Virus record (IMG/VR): IMGVR_UViG_3300028590_000009
Coordinates: 1-64,000 of that record
Direction: 5' to 3' (one strand)
DNA from: a virus
DNA: 64,000 nt
Shown piece by piece: positions 9,801 through 18,945 of this stretch; position 1 is the first letter of the stretch, and every line of letters starts with the position of its first letter. The notes under the pieces are model-generated. The model worked only from the letters and a program-made list of their open reading frames with translations. It was not told the DNA's origin and ran no database searches. Position numbers and translations under genes: made by a program.

Positions 9801-12161
9801 CGCGGCGCCGTCTGGGATCACAATATCCCGGCACAGTGGGCCGCCGATCAGGTTCTGAAACCCGAGCAGTGGACCATCGCCAAGGACGTCGCGAACGGCG
9901 TAGGCGACTGGTTCTCCGATCAAAGCCAGAAGGTCGCCGACGCGATCCCCAGCATGATCCTCGGGTTCAACGACCTCAAAACAGGGATCTCCGAATGGGG
10001 CACCAGCTTCGCCGACTTCAGCATCAACTGGGGCGAGGACTGGGACAGCGCGAAAGCGTCCGCCAAAGCGGGCGCGGAGTTCATCCTTGGCGAAGAGGGC
10101 CTGGCGAAGCTACAAAAAGGCTTCGACAACCTGCCCAACTACTTCTCGGGGCTGGTCGGCGCAATCGGCACCGCCTGGGACGGGCTGGGTTCACGCCTGC
10201 AAGGCCCGATCAACACCGTGATCGACGCCCTGAATTCGATGGGCGAAGTCTGGAACAAGGTCGCCAAGAAGCTCGGCTTGCCCGAATGGGATCCAATCCA
10301 GCCTGGGAAGGCGCAAGCGTCGCGGGCACCGAACCAGTTCAAGCCGATCCCAGGTCGCGCCAAAGGCGGTCCTGGTGGTCCGTACTTCTCCGGCCGCGTC
10401 GATGGCCCCGGCAACAGGTACGACGACCAGGCTGGCGAGTATCGACTGTCGCGCGGTGAGCACGTACTCACCGGCGACGAGGTTGATGCAGCGGGCGGCC
10501 ATGACGCCATTTTCCGGTGGCGTCGCAGCCTGCGGCAGGGCGGCGGCAAACAGTCGCGCGGTGATGGCTTCGCTGACGGCGGCGGCATCAGGCAAACCAG
10601 CGATCCGCTCGACCCGATCCAGTTGCACCTGTGGGATCTCGTGCGCAACGCGATCCCCAGCGCGGTACTGACTTCGGGTAAACGCTTTCAGGACGCAGGC
10701 AGTGGCTTCGACCTGCACATGCAGGGCAAAGCGATTGACCTCGGCGGCCCTATGAAGCAGATCGCCCAGTGGATCTACAACACCTACCCGCAGAGCGCGG
10801 AGTTGATTCACTGGCCGCTCGACGGATTCCAGAACATCAAGAACGGATCCCCGCTCAACTACGGCTCGGCCACCAACGAGGCGCATCGGGACCATGTCCA
10901 TTGGGGCGCAACCGATTTCCTCACCCAGCTCTCGGACGAGGACAAGGCGTCACTGTTCGATCGTGTCCGCTCCGGGCTCGGCGGCCTACTGTCCAGTGGC
11001 CGCGGCCTCCTGGTCGAGAACCTGGTTGGCAAGCCGTTGCGCGGCATCGCCGACAACGTGCCGGAACTCGGCGGGCTCGGCGAATTCGGCAAGTTCCCGA
11101 AAGCGTTCGCCCAGAAAATGGCGCAAGCCATCACCTCCTGGGTGAGCGAGCGTTTCGGCGGGTCCAGCGACAACCCCACCGACTACAACGTCACAGCAGG
11201 CGTTGAACAGTGGCGGGACATGGCACGAGAAGCCATGCGCCGCGTCGGTTTCGATGCCGACAACGAGCAGCAAGTCAACGCGATGCTGGCTCAAATCCAG
11301 TCGGAGTCCGGTGGCAACCCGAACATCGCCCAACAGATCACCGACATCAACGGCACCGGCGAACAGGCTGGCGTCGGACTACTCCAGGTCATTCCGGGCA
11401 CCTATGACGCATACCGGGATCCCGAACTGCCCAACAACCGGCGAGACGCGTTCTCCAACATGGTTGCGGCACTGCGGTATTACAAGTCACGCCACGGCGA
11501 CGACCTCACCAAAGAGTGGGGGAAGGGTCACGGCTACGACCAAGGCGGCATGTTCCCGCACAACACGTTCGGATTCAACATGTCCGGCCTGCCCGAAGCG
11601 GTCCTGACCAATCCGCAATGGAAACTGTTCGAGCAGTTCATCGGCCAAATGCCAGGCTTCAACAACCGGTTGCAAGCCCTCCCACAGCCACTCGGCGGAG
11701 GCACCAACGCAGACGGAACACCCGGCAACTTCGGTGTCCCGATCAGCCCTGGCGTCGACACCTTCGAGAAGGTTTTCGAGAAGGGCAAGGAACGGTTCGA
11801 GAACGTCGGCAAAACCGGGTTCGACGACCTCGTCTCCTCCACTCTCGGCCCGCTCGGCGTACCGGATCCGCGGTCGCTCATTCCGTCCGAGGTCACCGCA
11901 TACAAGGACACGCTGGACAAATGGCAGGTCGCTAGAGCCGCGTCCGCGCAAGCCTCGCAAGCCCTCGCCGATTCGGACTATCAGGCGGCACCGTCGCCTG
12001 TCGGTTCAGCCAATTCGGCCGTGCAGTCCGGTGGCGGCAATGGGGCGATGACGTCGAACGACTACTCGACGACCATCAACATTCAGACCGCCGACAACGC
12101 TGACGCATTCCGCAGGGCGCAACAGATCGCGGATCTTCGTGCAATTCAGCACGCCCGCTGA
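6840..12161 (+). CDS. tape measure protein with LAS/M15-like peptidase and lytic transglycosylase domains
   Basis: 1773 aa, coiled-coil core; HMQGKAID...HRDHVH at about 10620-10905; IQSESGGNP...GLLQVIPGTYDAY at about 11200-11545. Confidence 0.95.
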   Translation: MATWPAYSAGSARITLKAQLSSTFKADTKALLAPIKEGLKVTVSPALATGFKADLKEKIKTAAEGVDQKIAFKPKLAVGFKTDLKALVKTATTTLDQKIEFSASLKTGFKTDLKDAIDLELTEFGPEAVEFAPALVTGFKKTLKSAIDTELTEYVEKVKFAPELKSGFKTDLTSAIDTLLSTKAATKVEFAPKLRKGFTADLKLALGGVLSKIRPETMIEFRPKLAKGFRTDLSTKLTTSTGTLRPSIPVDADLTQASAQLLAFRTAQANVPLTMNVNVDTALAAAQLMALRSLASAVGTQVGEIGNGVGGRGSRALTGNIFTRPIRAIRLRVELDRASLAAAEARLANIQSRLSNARDSQSDAVGRLNEAEARHNEVMRNGNSTLSQRIAATNRLARARRAASEASGRVSGLMGEEYDANRRVDRERDNQSGFRRISRLASAGFNGLTSAIGDSAKSMLSFRNLTNVATIALVGLAAVSLIPLLGQLAQAAGVLALLPAAGAAAVSVFATLAVGLNGVGDAFSAAKKAAESADEDQAAAAKKVASAERGITSAERGVRDAHKNTLQAQKDLTKARKDAAEEIDDLNRALGRVALTEEAAAIAVAEAQRELYQTFMDPDSDAIDRARAQNNVKQALADQDDLRRSNRKLAETVEEANQKGVEGSDAVVEAKDRVTAAQEAESDATQALADAYETLAEAQTEASKKADAFNEAMEKLSPNAQAFVRAILDLKESYSGLRREVQDALFDKMGIAVSSLATKSLPTLKTGLTGIATEINQGVRRAMADWQSDATQSTLAKLFENVKNSVGGVVDGINNLVQGFLNLAAVGSESLPGLSNSFENLTLRFREWTENSENQQKFRDFLRESLDTLKQVIEIGGQVGGLIKRIFAGSDEVGEGWLTSMSETLDRWNAFLDTPQGKKDLQEFFDGIKDTVSALAAALSTVAGWIQKIDGWNLGDKLNSSPVGGILGLFDGNKTPWEKAKGVGSAARGAVWDHNIPAQWAADQVLKPEQWTIAKDVANGVGDWFSDQSQKVADAIPSMILGFNDLKTGISEWGTSFADFSINWGEDWDSAKASAKAGAEFILGEEGLAKLQKGFDNLPNYFSGLVGAIGTAWDGLGSRLQGPINTVIDALNSMGEVWNKVAKKLGLPEWDPIQPGKAQASRAPNQFKPIPGRAKGGPGGPYFSGRVDGPGNRYDDQAGEYRLSRGEHVLTGDEVDAAGGHDAIFRWRRSLRQGGGKQSRGDGFADGGGIRQTSDPLDPIQLHLWDLVRNAIPSAVLTSGKRFQDAGSGFDLHMQGKAIDLGGPMKQIAQWIYNTYPQSAELIHWPLDGFQNIKNGSPLNYGSATNEAHRDHVHWGATDFLTQLSDEDKASLFDRVRSGLGGLLSSGRGLLVENLVGKPLRGIADNVPELGGLGEFGKFPKAFAQKMAQAITSWVSERFGGSSDNPTDYNVTAGVEQWRDMAREAMRRVGFDADNEQQVNAMLAQIQSESGGNPNIAQQITDINGTGEQAGVGLLQVIPGTYDAYRDPELPNNRRDAFSNMVAALRYYKSRHGDDLTKEWGKGHGYDQGGMFPHNTFGFNMSGLPEAVLTNPQWKLFEQFIGQMPGFNNRLQALPQPLGGGTNADGTPGNFGVPISPGVDTFEKVFEKGKERFENVGKTGFDDLVSSTLGPLGVPDPRSLIPSEVTAYKDTLDKWQVARAASAQASQALADSDYQAAPSPVGSANSAVQSGGGNGAMTSNDYSTTINIQTADNADAFRRAQQIADLRAIQHAR
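6909..7545 (+). repeat. eight ~30-aa repeats at the tape measure N-terminus
   Basis: Recurrent F-x-P-x-L-x-x-G-F-K-x-D-L unit (FKADTK, FKADLK, FKTDLK, FKTDLK, FKKTLK, FKTDLT, FTADLK, FRTDLS). Confidence 0.8.
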
Positions 12162-12175
12162 GGGGAACGCAATTG

Positions 12176-13102
12176 ATGCGTGATTCCGCCCGGATCGACA
12201 TCTACGGTGTGGACGGCTCGCATTTCGTCATCAACGGCCCGGGCGCGTCGGAAAAACTCTTTCTGCAAACAGATATAAAAGGAGTTTACGACGCCCCGGT
12301 CGTGACACGGCGAAAGTCGAGCGCCTACCAAAAAGGTGCGTCCTATGAGGGCAAAACATACAACCAGCGGGACATCACCTTTGGTGTAAGCATCAAAGGT
12401 GATGATCCCGCCGACTGGCAAAACCTCCAGGATCGCTGGAATGCCGCATGGGACTACGAGGTAGACCCGTGGGATCCCGATTCGACACTCACGAAAATGT
12501 CGGTCACCACCCCATCCTCGGGCACTCGCAGCCTGTGGCTGGCGAAATCTGACACAGCACAGTTCGAGTCGAAACATGACCCGCACATCACCCGCACGTC
12601 GATACAGCCGATGGCCGTTGTCGCCGATCAGCCGTTTTGGTTCGAAGACAAATGGGAGAACACTCCCTATGACTACTTCGAGACGGGCTCGTCGGGCACC
12701 TCCGAAGGCTTCGTGTCGATCGTCAACCCGACCGATCAGCCGATGTGGCTGCAATGGGTTGTCACCCGCGGCACCTGGACGCTCCCCGACTTCACCTGGA
12801 CGGGCAAGAAGCATCAGCGCGTACCAGGCGGGGCCTATCCGAATCGGAAGATCACACTTCCGGAGCTGACTGCGCTGGAGGGTGGCGCCCGCATCACCCT
12901 GTACCGCGACAAGTTGCAGGTACGCGACTGGGCTGGCACGAACCTAGCGGGGCGGATGAACGGAATCAGCTTCCTTCACCGCATCCCACCGAAGACGCCT
13001 GAAACCAACTTGCCCGTGAAGGTCGTCGGCGCACCTGTCGGCGGTGCGCGGGTCGAAGTTTACTGCGCGCGTCGATGGACTCACGTTTGGGAGCGTCGAT
13101 GA
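12176..13102 (+). CDS. minor tail protein (distal tail-like)
   Basis: First gene after the tape measure; IYGVDGS, RDITFGV, NPTDQPMWLQW motifs of actinophage Dit-like proteins. Confidence 0.85.
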   Translation: MRDSARIDIYGVDGSHFVINGPGASEKLFLQTDIKGVYDAPVVTRRKSSAYQKGASYEGKTYNQRDITFGVSIKGDDPADWQNLQDRWNAAWDYEVDPWDPDSTLTKMSVTTPSSGTRSLWLAKSDTAQFESKHDPHITRTSIQPMAVVADQPFWFEDKWENTPYDYFETGSSGTSEGFVSIVNPTDQPMWLQWVVTRGTWTLPDFTWTGKKHQRVPGGAYPNRKITLPELTALEGGARITLYRDKLQVRDWAGTNLAGRMNGISFLHRIPPKTPETNLPVKVVGAPVGGARVEVYCARRWTHVWERR

Positions 13103-15276
13103 CAGACCTTCTAGAGCTGAGCCTTGAACAGCAATGTCGCGAGATCTGGGACGTCACCCTCGCGGCCGAGGAGGCGGACCGTAGGGCACGCCTGGAACCG
13201 CCGTTCGTCAGGATCTGGACAGGCGATTGGGACCTGAAAGGGATCCTGAACAGCGAATTCGTTGCCAACTTCAACTGGATTGAAAACGACGCGGGGACCG
13301 GCCTGACCGAAATTCCGCTCGATGACGATCTCGCGCGATGGATTTGGCAAGTTAGATCCCGCATCGACAACGGCGAGAAGCGGCACGTCTACATCACCGT
13401 CGAGAAAGACGGGGCGCAATGGTCGGGCCGCATCTTCGACCACAGCGTTGAGAAGCGCGAGGACGGCACGCGAGTACTGTCGGTGCGCTGGGTTCACGAC
13501 TTCGATCTACTGCGCAAGTATCTCGTTTGGTGCTCACCCTTTCTCCCCGACTTCGTGCAGGCGCCGCACGTCTTTTTCGTCCCAGGTCCCAGCATTTGGA
13601 GTCTGAAAACTTGCCTTTTCCTGAACGTAATGCGCGAACAGGAATCGCTGTACGAACTCGATGACGACCCACTCGATTTCGGCTCGGTCGGCATGTCGAA
13701 CTGGTCCGTTGTCGTCAAACCGACGACGTTTCTGGACGACCTGAACGCGGGCACTATCTGGTCTGTCCCGAACTCGCGGTTCAAGTACTGGACCGACATG
13801 TCGAAAGACATCCTCGAAGACGCTCAACTGTCCATTCAGGTGCGGCGTTTCATCGAGGGCGAGGATGAGCAGCCGATTGCGGGCGAAACCCTCCGTAACG
13901 GTGCGCTCGTCGTCGACATCGTAGACAAGTCGGGCTATTACAGCGACACCAGCAACGGTGGCGACCCCTTCACGGGACTCGCTCGCACGTTCGCGCAGTT
14001 CGCCGAAGACTTCATCGACGAGGTCATCGAGGATGTTGTCGACCCGGCAACGCCTGCTTCGTACAAGGTGCCCGGTCAACGCCTGACGGACAAGACATGC
14101 CCGTACGTGGTGTATCTGGAGGGCGAAGAGACCGGTATCGAGTCCGGGAAGTTCACGGCCACACCGAATTCGGCGATCCAGGTGGTTGCTGGAGGGCACT
14201 CGATGCCCTTCGTGAACGAGTTGATAAGCGCAGCGATCCAGTGCGTTTCGGGGGATACGGTCATCGATGGCCCCGATGGCGAGCAGCGAATCGATGCTCT
14301 CGCAGCCCGCGGCGGCCCGTTCCAAGTTTGGGCACTGACGCCCTCTGGCGAACGGGTTGCGGCTACCGCTGCCTTTGCCTTCAAAAAGGGGCGAGCCGAG
14401 CTTTTCCGATACACCTTCGCGAATGGTCGCTCCCTGACTGCGACGGCACGTCATCGCTGGCTGACGCGACAAGGATGGACCGCAACCGGGGAAACTCCAG
14501 TCGGTGCCGAGGTCGCCTCGGTCCGATACGAGCATCCCGAGGCGTACGTCACTGCGCCGGACGCCGATCTGGCGGACGAGGAATGGGTCGGCCTGGATGG
14601 CGGCGCAGTCGCCTATTCCGCGCTCGTGTCCGTGACGTCAGTCGGCGTTCGCGACTTCTACGACATGCACGTCCCAGGGTGGGTGAACTACTCCAGTGGT
14701 GGCGTCTGGTCGCACAACACAGCGGGCGACCTACTGGCCGCAGCTATCGTCATACCCCCCATTGGCGGGGCAGTCGATGCGGTGGCTCAGATTTTCTACT
14801 GGGACGCACTTTTTGCCTGGATGCATGCGAGAAGTAGTGGCCGAGTAGCGAATTCAGGATGGTCACGCCCGTTCGAGGTGATCGCGGCAGACGGCGACCG
14901 GGCGTACACACTCGAAGCGCTGCTATCTCTCCGCAAATCACTGCATGAGACGCGCTCCTACTTCTCGCACGAGATCAACATCCGCGACGGCGCCCCCTGG
15001 TACATCGGCGACCGAGGCAAAGGCCACTTCTTCCTCGGTGACCGCATCGGCGCGCAGGTGATCGGCGACTACGGCACCACCATGTTCGTCGACGACCACA
15101 CCATCTACGTCGACCGCGTCCGCGAACTGACCCTCGCATGGGATCGCGAATCGCCTCCCGAATGGGTCGCGACCATCGGCGACCAGGAAAAGAACAAAGA
15201 CCGCGGTCAACGCGCACTGGGCGCTATCGCCAATCTCGGCGGCCTCGTCCAACAGCTCGCCGTCCACGGCAAGTAG
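13099..15276 (+). CDS. minor tail (hub/baseplate, Gp37-like) protein containing an intein
   Basis: PPFVRIWTGDW, GGHSMPFVNE, GHFFLGDRIG; in-frame 159-aa insertion. Confidence 0.9.
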   Translation: MTDLLELSLEQQCREIWDVTLAAEEADRRARLEPPFVRIWTGDWDLKGILNSEFVANFNWIENDAGTGLTEIPLDDDLARWIWQVRSRIDNGEKRHVYITVEKDGAQWSGRIFDHSVEKREDGTRVLSVRWVHDFDLLRKYLVWCSPFLPDFVQAPHVFFVPGPSIWSLKTCLFLNVMREQESLYELDDDPLDFGSVGMSNWSVVVKPTTFLDDLNAGTIWSVPNSRFKYWTDMSKDILEDAQLSIQVRRFIEGEDEQPIAGETLRNGALVVDIVDKSGYYSDTSNGGDPFTGLARTFAQFAEDFIDEVIEDVVDPATPASYKVPGQRLTDKTCPYVVYLEGEETGIESGKFTATPNSAIQVVAGGHSMPFVNELISAAIQCVSGDTVIDGPDGEQRIDALAARGGPFQVWALTPSGERVAATAAFAFKKGRAELFRYTFANGRSLTATARHRWLTRQGWTATGETPVGAEVASVRYEHPEAYVTAPDADLADEEWVGLDGGAVAYSALVSVTSVGVRDFYDMHVPGWVNYSSGGVWSHNTAGDLLAAAIVIPPIGGAVDAVAQIFYWDALFAWMHARSSGRVANSGWSRPFEVIAADGDRAYTLEALLSLRKSLHETRSYFSHEINIRDGAPWYIGDRGKGHFFLGDRIGAQVIGDYGTTMFVDDHTIYVDRVRELTLAWDRESPPEWVATIGDQEKNKDRGQRALGAIANLGGLVQQLAVHGK
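14242..14718 (+). mobile_element. mini-intein (Hint domain only, no endonuclease)
   Basis: Block A CVSGDTVI, block B LTATARHRWLT, block F FYDMHV, block G WSHN with +1 Thr; 477 nt, in frame. Confidence 0.92.
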
Positions 15277-15289
15277 GCCAGGAGCAGGA

Positions 15290-15955
15290 ATGTCTGAAGT
15301 CGATCAACTGCCGAAGCTGAAACCAGGGCAGTTTCCCGCGCAGGAACTCGTCAATCCGGACTGCCCTGAAGAGGCGTTCGTGTGGATGTTCAGTGGATTG
15401 CCTTCGATGAAAGGCGCACCGCTCCCATTTCCTATCGAGTACCTGAAACAGGTGTCTCGCCGGATGTGGGATTGCGGCGCCCGTCCGATGGGTTCGACTG
15501 TCCCGCCCGAGCAGACGATCAAGTATCAGCTGCCACGGAATACGGATCCGCATTGGTTGACGAGTCCGGGAGTGTGGGTGCCCATCGACGCGCCTGATCG
15601 TTCGAAACTTGATTACAAGGAATTCGTCAAGTCGTTGCCGCAGGACGCACGCCGACAGTTGGCGGAAGCGATGGGTTTCGATCCGATCGCCGCGGTTCCT
15701 GACGATCAACGTTTGGCCGACGCGCCTCCGACGCCGATGAAGTACGGCAAGCCGTCACGTGACGGTGCGAGTGTGAGCAACGAGCCCGTGCGTGATCCGG
15801 GCTGGAATCCGACTTCGCACCCTGTCGCCGAGGTGCTGGCGTATCTCGCGGAAGCGGATGACGCCGAGCGTGATCGTGTCCTGTCGATCGAACGCTACCT
15901 CGCGGCCAAGCCGCGCAAATCTATCCTCTCGCGATACCCGGAGGTGGGCGTCTAA
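15290..15955 (+). CDS. minor tail protein (DUF2744-like) with C-terminal helical extension
   Basis: PEEAFVWMFSGLP..KGAPL, SRRMWDCG, SPGVWVP. Confidence 0.75.
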   Translation: MSEVDQLPKLKPGQFPAQELVNPDCPEEAFVWMFSGLPSMKGAPLPFPIEYLKQVSRRMWDCGARPMGSTVPPEQTIKYQLPRNTDPHWLTSPGVWVPIDAPDRSKLDYKEFVKSLPQDARRQLAEAMGFDPIAAVPDDQRLADAPPTPMKYGKPSRDGASVSNEPVRDPGWNPTSHPVAEVLAYLAEADDAERDRVLSIERYLAAKPRKSILSRYPEVGV

Positions 15956-17010
15956 TGCCTGCACCACTTTTCAGAGAAGTCGACGTGATGGGCGGATCCC
16001 GGTCTAACCGCTGGGGCGCCCGCGTCGTGAACTTCCTTCTGCACACCGAGGAGGGCGGGAGTTCGGCACAGAACCTCGCCAACTACCTCAACAACAGCAA
16101 CAACGGTGTCAGCTACCACTACACGCTCCGCGACGGCATCCTCTGCGATGTGGTCGACACCGACTTCGCATCGTGGTCTGTGCTGGATGCGAACAGCCGC
16201 ACCATCAACCTGTGCTTCGCGGGCAGCCGCGCCAGCTTCTCGCGCGCACAGTGGCTCGAACGCGACCAGGATCTACGCATCGCTGCATGGCTGGCCGTGC
16301 AGGATGCCCGCAAATACGGCTTTGCGTCCGATGTGATCGCCCCGGATTACTACCGCGGCGAGGGCATCTCGGATCACAAGTACGTGACGAAGATCCTCGG
16401 GTTCGGCGACCACACGGACGTCGGCTGGAACTTCCCGTGGGATGTGTTCGAAGGCTATGTCGCCGAGTATGCGAGCGGTGTTGCCGCAGCCCCCGTGGTG
16501 AATCAGATCGACCTGGAGGCCGAGCGCGCCACGGGTTGGATCGGCGCCCGCAAGACCGTGGGGGAGAACGTCGCCCCCGACGGCGAGGGCCGCTGGGCCG
16601 AGTTCGAAAACGGCTACATCTACTGGCATACCCGCACGGACGCGCACGCGATCCCGACGAACATCTTCGAAGTCTGGGCCGATCTCGGCTGGGAGGCTGG
16701 CCCTCTCGGCTATCCGACCGGTGACCATTCGGTGCTCGACGGTATCGGAGACGTGCAGGGCTTCGAGGTCGGCGCCATCTATCGCCGCTACGACCAGCCC
16801 GGTTTCTGGGTGCATGGCGATATCCGTGAGCGTTGGAACCGCAGCGGGTTCGAGAACGGCCCCTACGGCTGGCCGACGAGCAACGAAGTCGAGTTCGATA
16901 CCGGCTCCTACCAGGACTTCGACAACGGCCGCATCTACTTCACCCCGAAGCGAACCCTCGGGTTACTGACCGGGGACGGCGCTGACACTCCTGTCGCTGA
17001 CGCCGCCTGA
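15955..17010 (+). CDS. endolysin A: N-acetylmuramoyl-L-alanine amidase plus LGFP repeats
   Basis: LLHTEEG, SYHY, SWS, INLCFAG, DHTDVG; LGYPTGD and YGWPTSNE repeats. Confidence 0.9.
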   Translation: MPAPLFREVDVMGGSRSNRWGARVVNFLLHTEEGGSSAQNLANYLNNSNNGVSYHYTLRDGILCDVVDTDFASWSVLDANSRTINLCFAGSRASFSRAQWLERDQDLRIAAWLAVQDARKYGFASDVIAPDYYRGEGISDHKYVTKILGFGDHTDVGWNFPWDVFEGYVAEYASGVAAAPVVNQIDLEAERATGWIGARKTVGENVAPDGEGRWAEFENGYIYWHTRTDAHAIPTNIFEVWADLGWEAGPLGYPTGDHSVLDGIGDVQGFEVGAIYRRYDQPGFWVHGDIRERWNRSGFENGPYGWPTSNEVEFDTGSYQDFDNGRIYFTPKRTLGLLTGDGADTPVADAA

Positions 17011-17047
17011 CCCCCCAATCTTCTACAACTGAACGAGGTATCTCCTC

Positions 17048-17389
17048 ATGGCTTCTTTCGAATCGTTGCGCGATGTCACTGCTGAGGTTCGCGGTCGCAT
17101 CTACGCCACTCTCATCCCCGCGCAGGTCGCCCTGGTCGCTTTCGGCCTGCTGAACGATCAAGCTGCGGCCCTGTGGATCGCCGCTGTCGGCGCCATCCTG
17201 GGCTTCGGTGTTGCCGCGGCGAACAGCACCGCCACGTGGCGCACTTGGCTGTATGGCCTGCTGGTTCCCGCGCAGGCGCTCACGATCTATTACGGGGTGT
17301 TCGCGGAGAATCAGGCGGCAACGCTGGCGTCTCTGGTTGCGACCGCTCTCGGCCTCGGTGTCGCCGCGGCGAAGACTCCTGTCCTGTGA
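17048..17389 (+). CDS. holin
   Basis: Hydrophobic, internally duplicated R-x-x-[IL]Y...P-A-Q unit; follows the lysin. Confidence 0.8.
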   Translation: MASFESLRDVTAEVRGRIYATLIPAQVALVAFGLLNDQAAALWIAAVGAILGFGVAAANSTATWRTWLYGLLVPAQALTIYYGVFAENQAATLASLVATALGLGVAAAKTPVL

Positions 17390-17850
17390 CGTTCGGGCTT
17401 GACCGCCCGCACCCCACGCTTTCGTCGCTTGTTCGGCTTCGGGTCAGGTTGATCTGGCCCGAGGTTGTCGCCATCCAATTCTGTGTCCTGATCGCGGCCT
17501 TAGCACGCGGCCTGGACTATCTGCTGCCGCCGCACGCCGATGCCCGCACTTTGAGCGTCATCGAGCAGGTGATGCCGGTTTGGTGGTGGGGGATCCTGTT
17601 CATCCTGGGCGCGGTTTTGGGGTTGGCGGGTTTGGTGGTCGACCGCTATCCGGTTTCGTTCGCCGGCCACGCGGTCCTTGTCGCTGTCTATGCGGGGTTC
17701 ACGGTGGGCGCGATGTGCGATGTGGCGACTCGTTCGCCGATCGAGGGGTGGCGTACGCCTGCGGATTGGCTGCTGGTGTTCGTGGTGGTGCATTGGGGGT
17801 TCGCTGACGCTGCTATTGATGTGTGGAGGGAGCGGCGACAACGTGAATGA
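17386..17850 (+). CDS. multi-pass membrane protein of the lysis cassette
   Basis: About four hydrophobic segments; GTGA overlap with the holin stop. Confidence 0.7.
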   Translation: MTFGLDRPHPTLSSLVRLRVRLIWPEVVAIQFCVLIAALARGLDYLLPPHADARTLSVIEQVMPVWWWGILFILGAVLGLAGLVVDRYPVSFAGHAVLVAVYAGFTVGAMCDVATRSPIEGWRTPADWLLVFVVVHWGFADAAIDVWRERRQRE

Positions 17851-18241
17851 AATTGCACAGTTTGCCCCGGAGTGGCTTGTTCTGATTGTTGTTGTTGCTT
17901 TCGCTCTCAAATATGTGGGCCAGCTTCTTTCTGAGGCTTCGGAGTCGTGGGCGAAGATCCTTGGCCCGCTTGGTCGGCGTTGGCGTGCGAATGGTTTGAA
18001 GCGTCAGCAGGAGCGTGTTGAGGCGCGTGAGATTCGCGCCGCCGATTTCGCTGATGTGAAGGGCCAGCTCGAATATATCGCTGATCAGTTGGAGCAGTGT
18101 CGGGCCGCTTCTGAGCAGCGTGACGCGTTTATCGCTTATGACGCGCGCTGGCATCGTGACTTGAATTTGCAGGCGATCGAGGCCGGGTGCGAGGTTCCCA
18201 CCTATTTGACTTTCCGTCAATGGTTGGCGCAGTCGAACTAG
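17843..18241 (+). CDS. membrane protein of the lysis cassette (1 TM plus coiled coil)
   Basis: N-terminal TM, AKILGPLGRRW, coiled-coil region. Confidence 0.7.
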   Translation: MNEIAQFAPEWLVLIVVVAFALKYVGQLLSEASESWAKILGPLGRRWRANGLKRQQERVEAREIRAADFADVKGQLEYIADQLEQCRAASEQRDAFIAYDARWHRDLNLQAIEAGCEVPTYLTFRQWLAQSN

Positions 18242-18288
18242 CCTCCCATTTTTTGAAGAAAACTTAACGCTGATATCGGGGGTGACTA

Positions 18289-18945
18289 TTGACTGCCCCT
18301 AATCAGCCGAATCCTGATGGTTCTATTGAACTGGGCGGTTTCCGCGCGTTGCAGGAGGCGACTGCCGAGGATGTGCAAACGTCGTTGACGGCGGGCGCAC
18401 GGGTCTCGTATGAGACGGCGCACAGCACGCATGGCACGGAGGTTCGGACTCCGATCCAGGGTGCGTATACGGCTGCTCTTGCTGCTCAGGGCGCTGCGGA
18501 TGCTGTCGTGGACATTGCTGAGGCTGCGGCGAATGATGCGGCGGCGGCTGAGTCTACGGCGGCATCGGCGAGCGCGCGGGCGAGCTATTGGGAAGCCGAA
18601 TTCGTTGTCGCGTCGGCGGCTGTAGTCCTCGGCGTGAATGAACTTCTCATCGGCCTGTGTCAAAACGTGCCAGGTGGGCTCACGCGAACTATCACCGATA
18701 TGCACGTCGCCTTATTGTCGCAGCCGAACGGTATGGCTTTCGAGCTGAAGAAATTCAATGCGACAGGCACTTCGTCGTCGGTTCTCGACACGTACACACT
18801 TGCCGCGAATGTGACGCGAGCGAATTGGCCTGACCTCGGTTTCGATATGTCTTCCCGTGAGCGCGTGTTTATCAACGTTACTTCGGTGACCGGTTCCACG
18901 GCTCCGTTGGCCTTTCAGATTCTCTTGTTTGGAGTGATGGAATGA
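18289..18945 (+). CDS. minor tail protein
   Basis: MTAPNQPNPDG-type start, Ala-rich helix, then a beta domain. Confidence 0.65.
   Translation: MTAPNQPNPDGSIELGGFRALQEATAEDVQTSLTAGARVSYETAHSTHGTEVRTPIQGAYTAALAAQGAADAVVDIAEAAANDAAAAESTAASASARASYWEAEFVVASAAVVLGVNELLIGLCQNVPGGLTRTITDMHVALLSQPNGMAFELKKFNATGTSSSVLDTYTLAANVTRANWPDLGFDMSSRERVFINVTSVTGSTAPLAFQILLFGVME

Noticed and set aside
7893-9923. 676-aa minus-strand ORF, and many other long antisense ORFs
   Set aside because: Shadow ORFs opposite high-GC3 genes; no SD or recognisable motifs.
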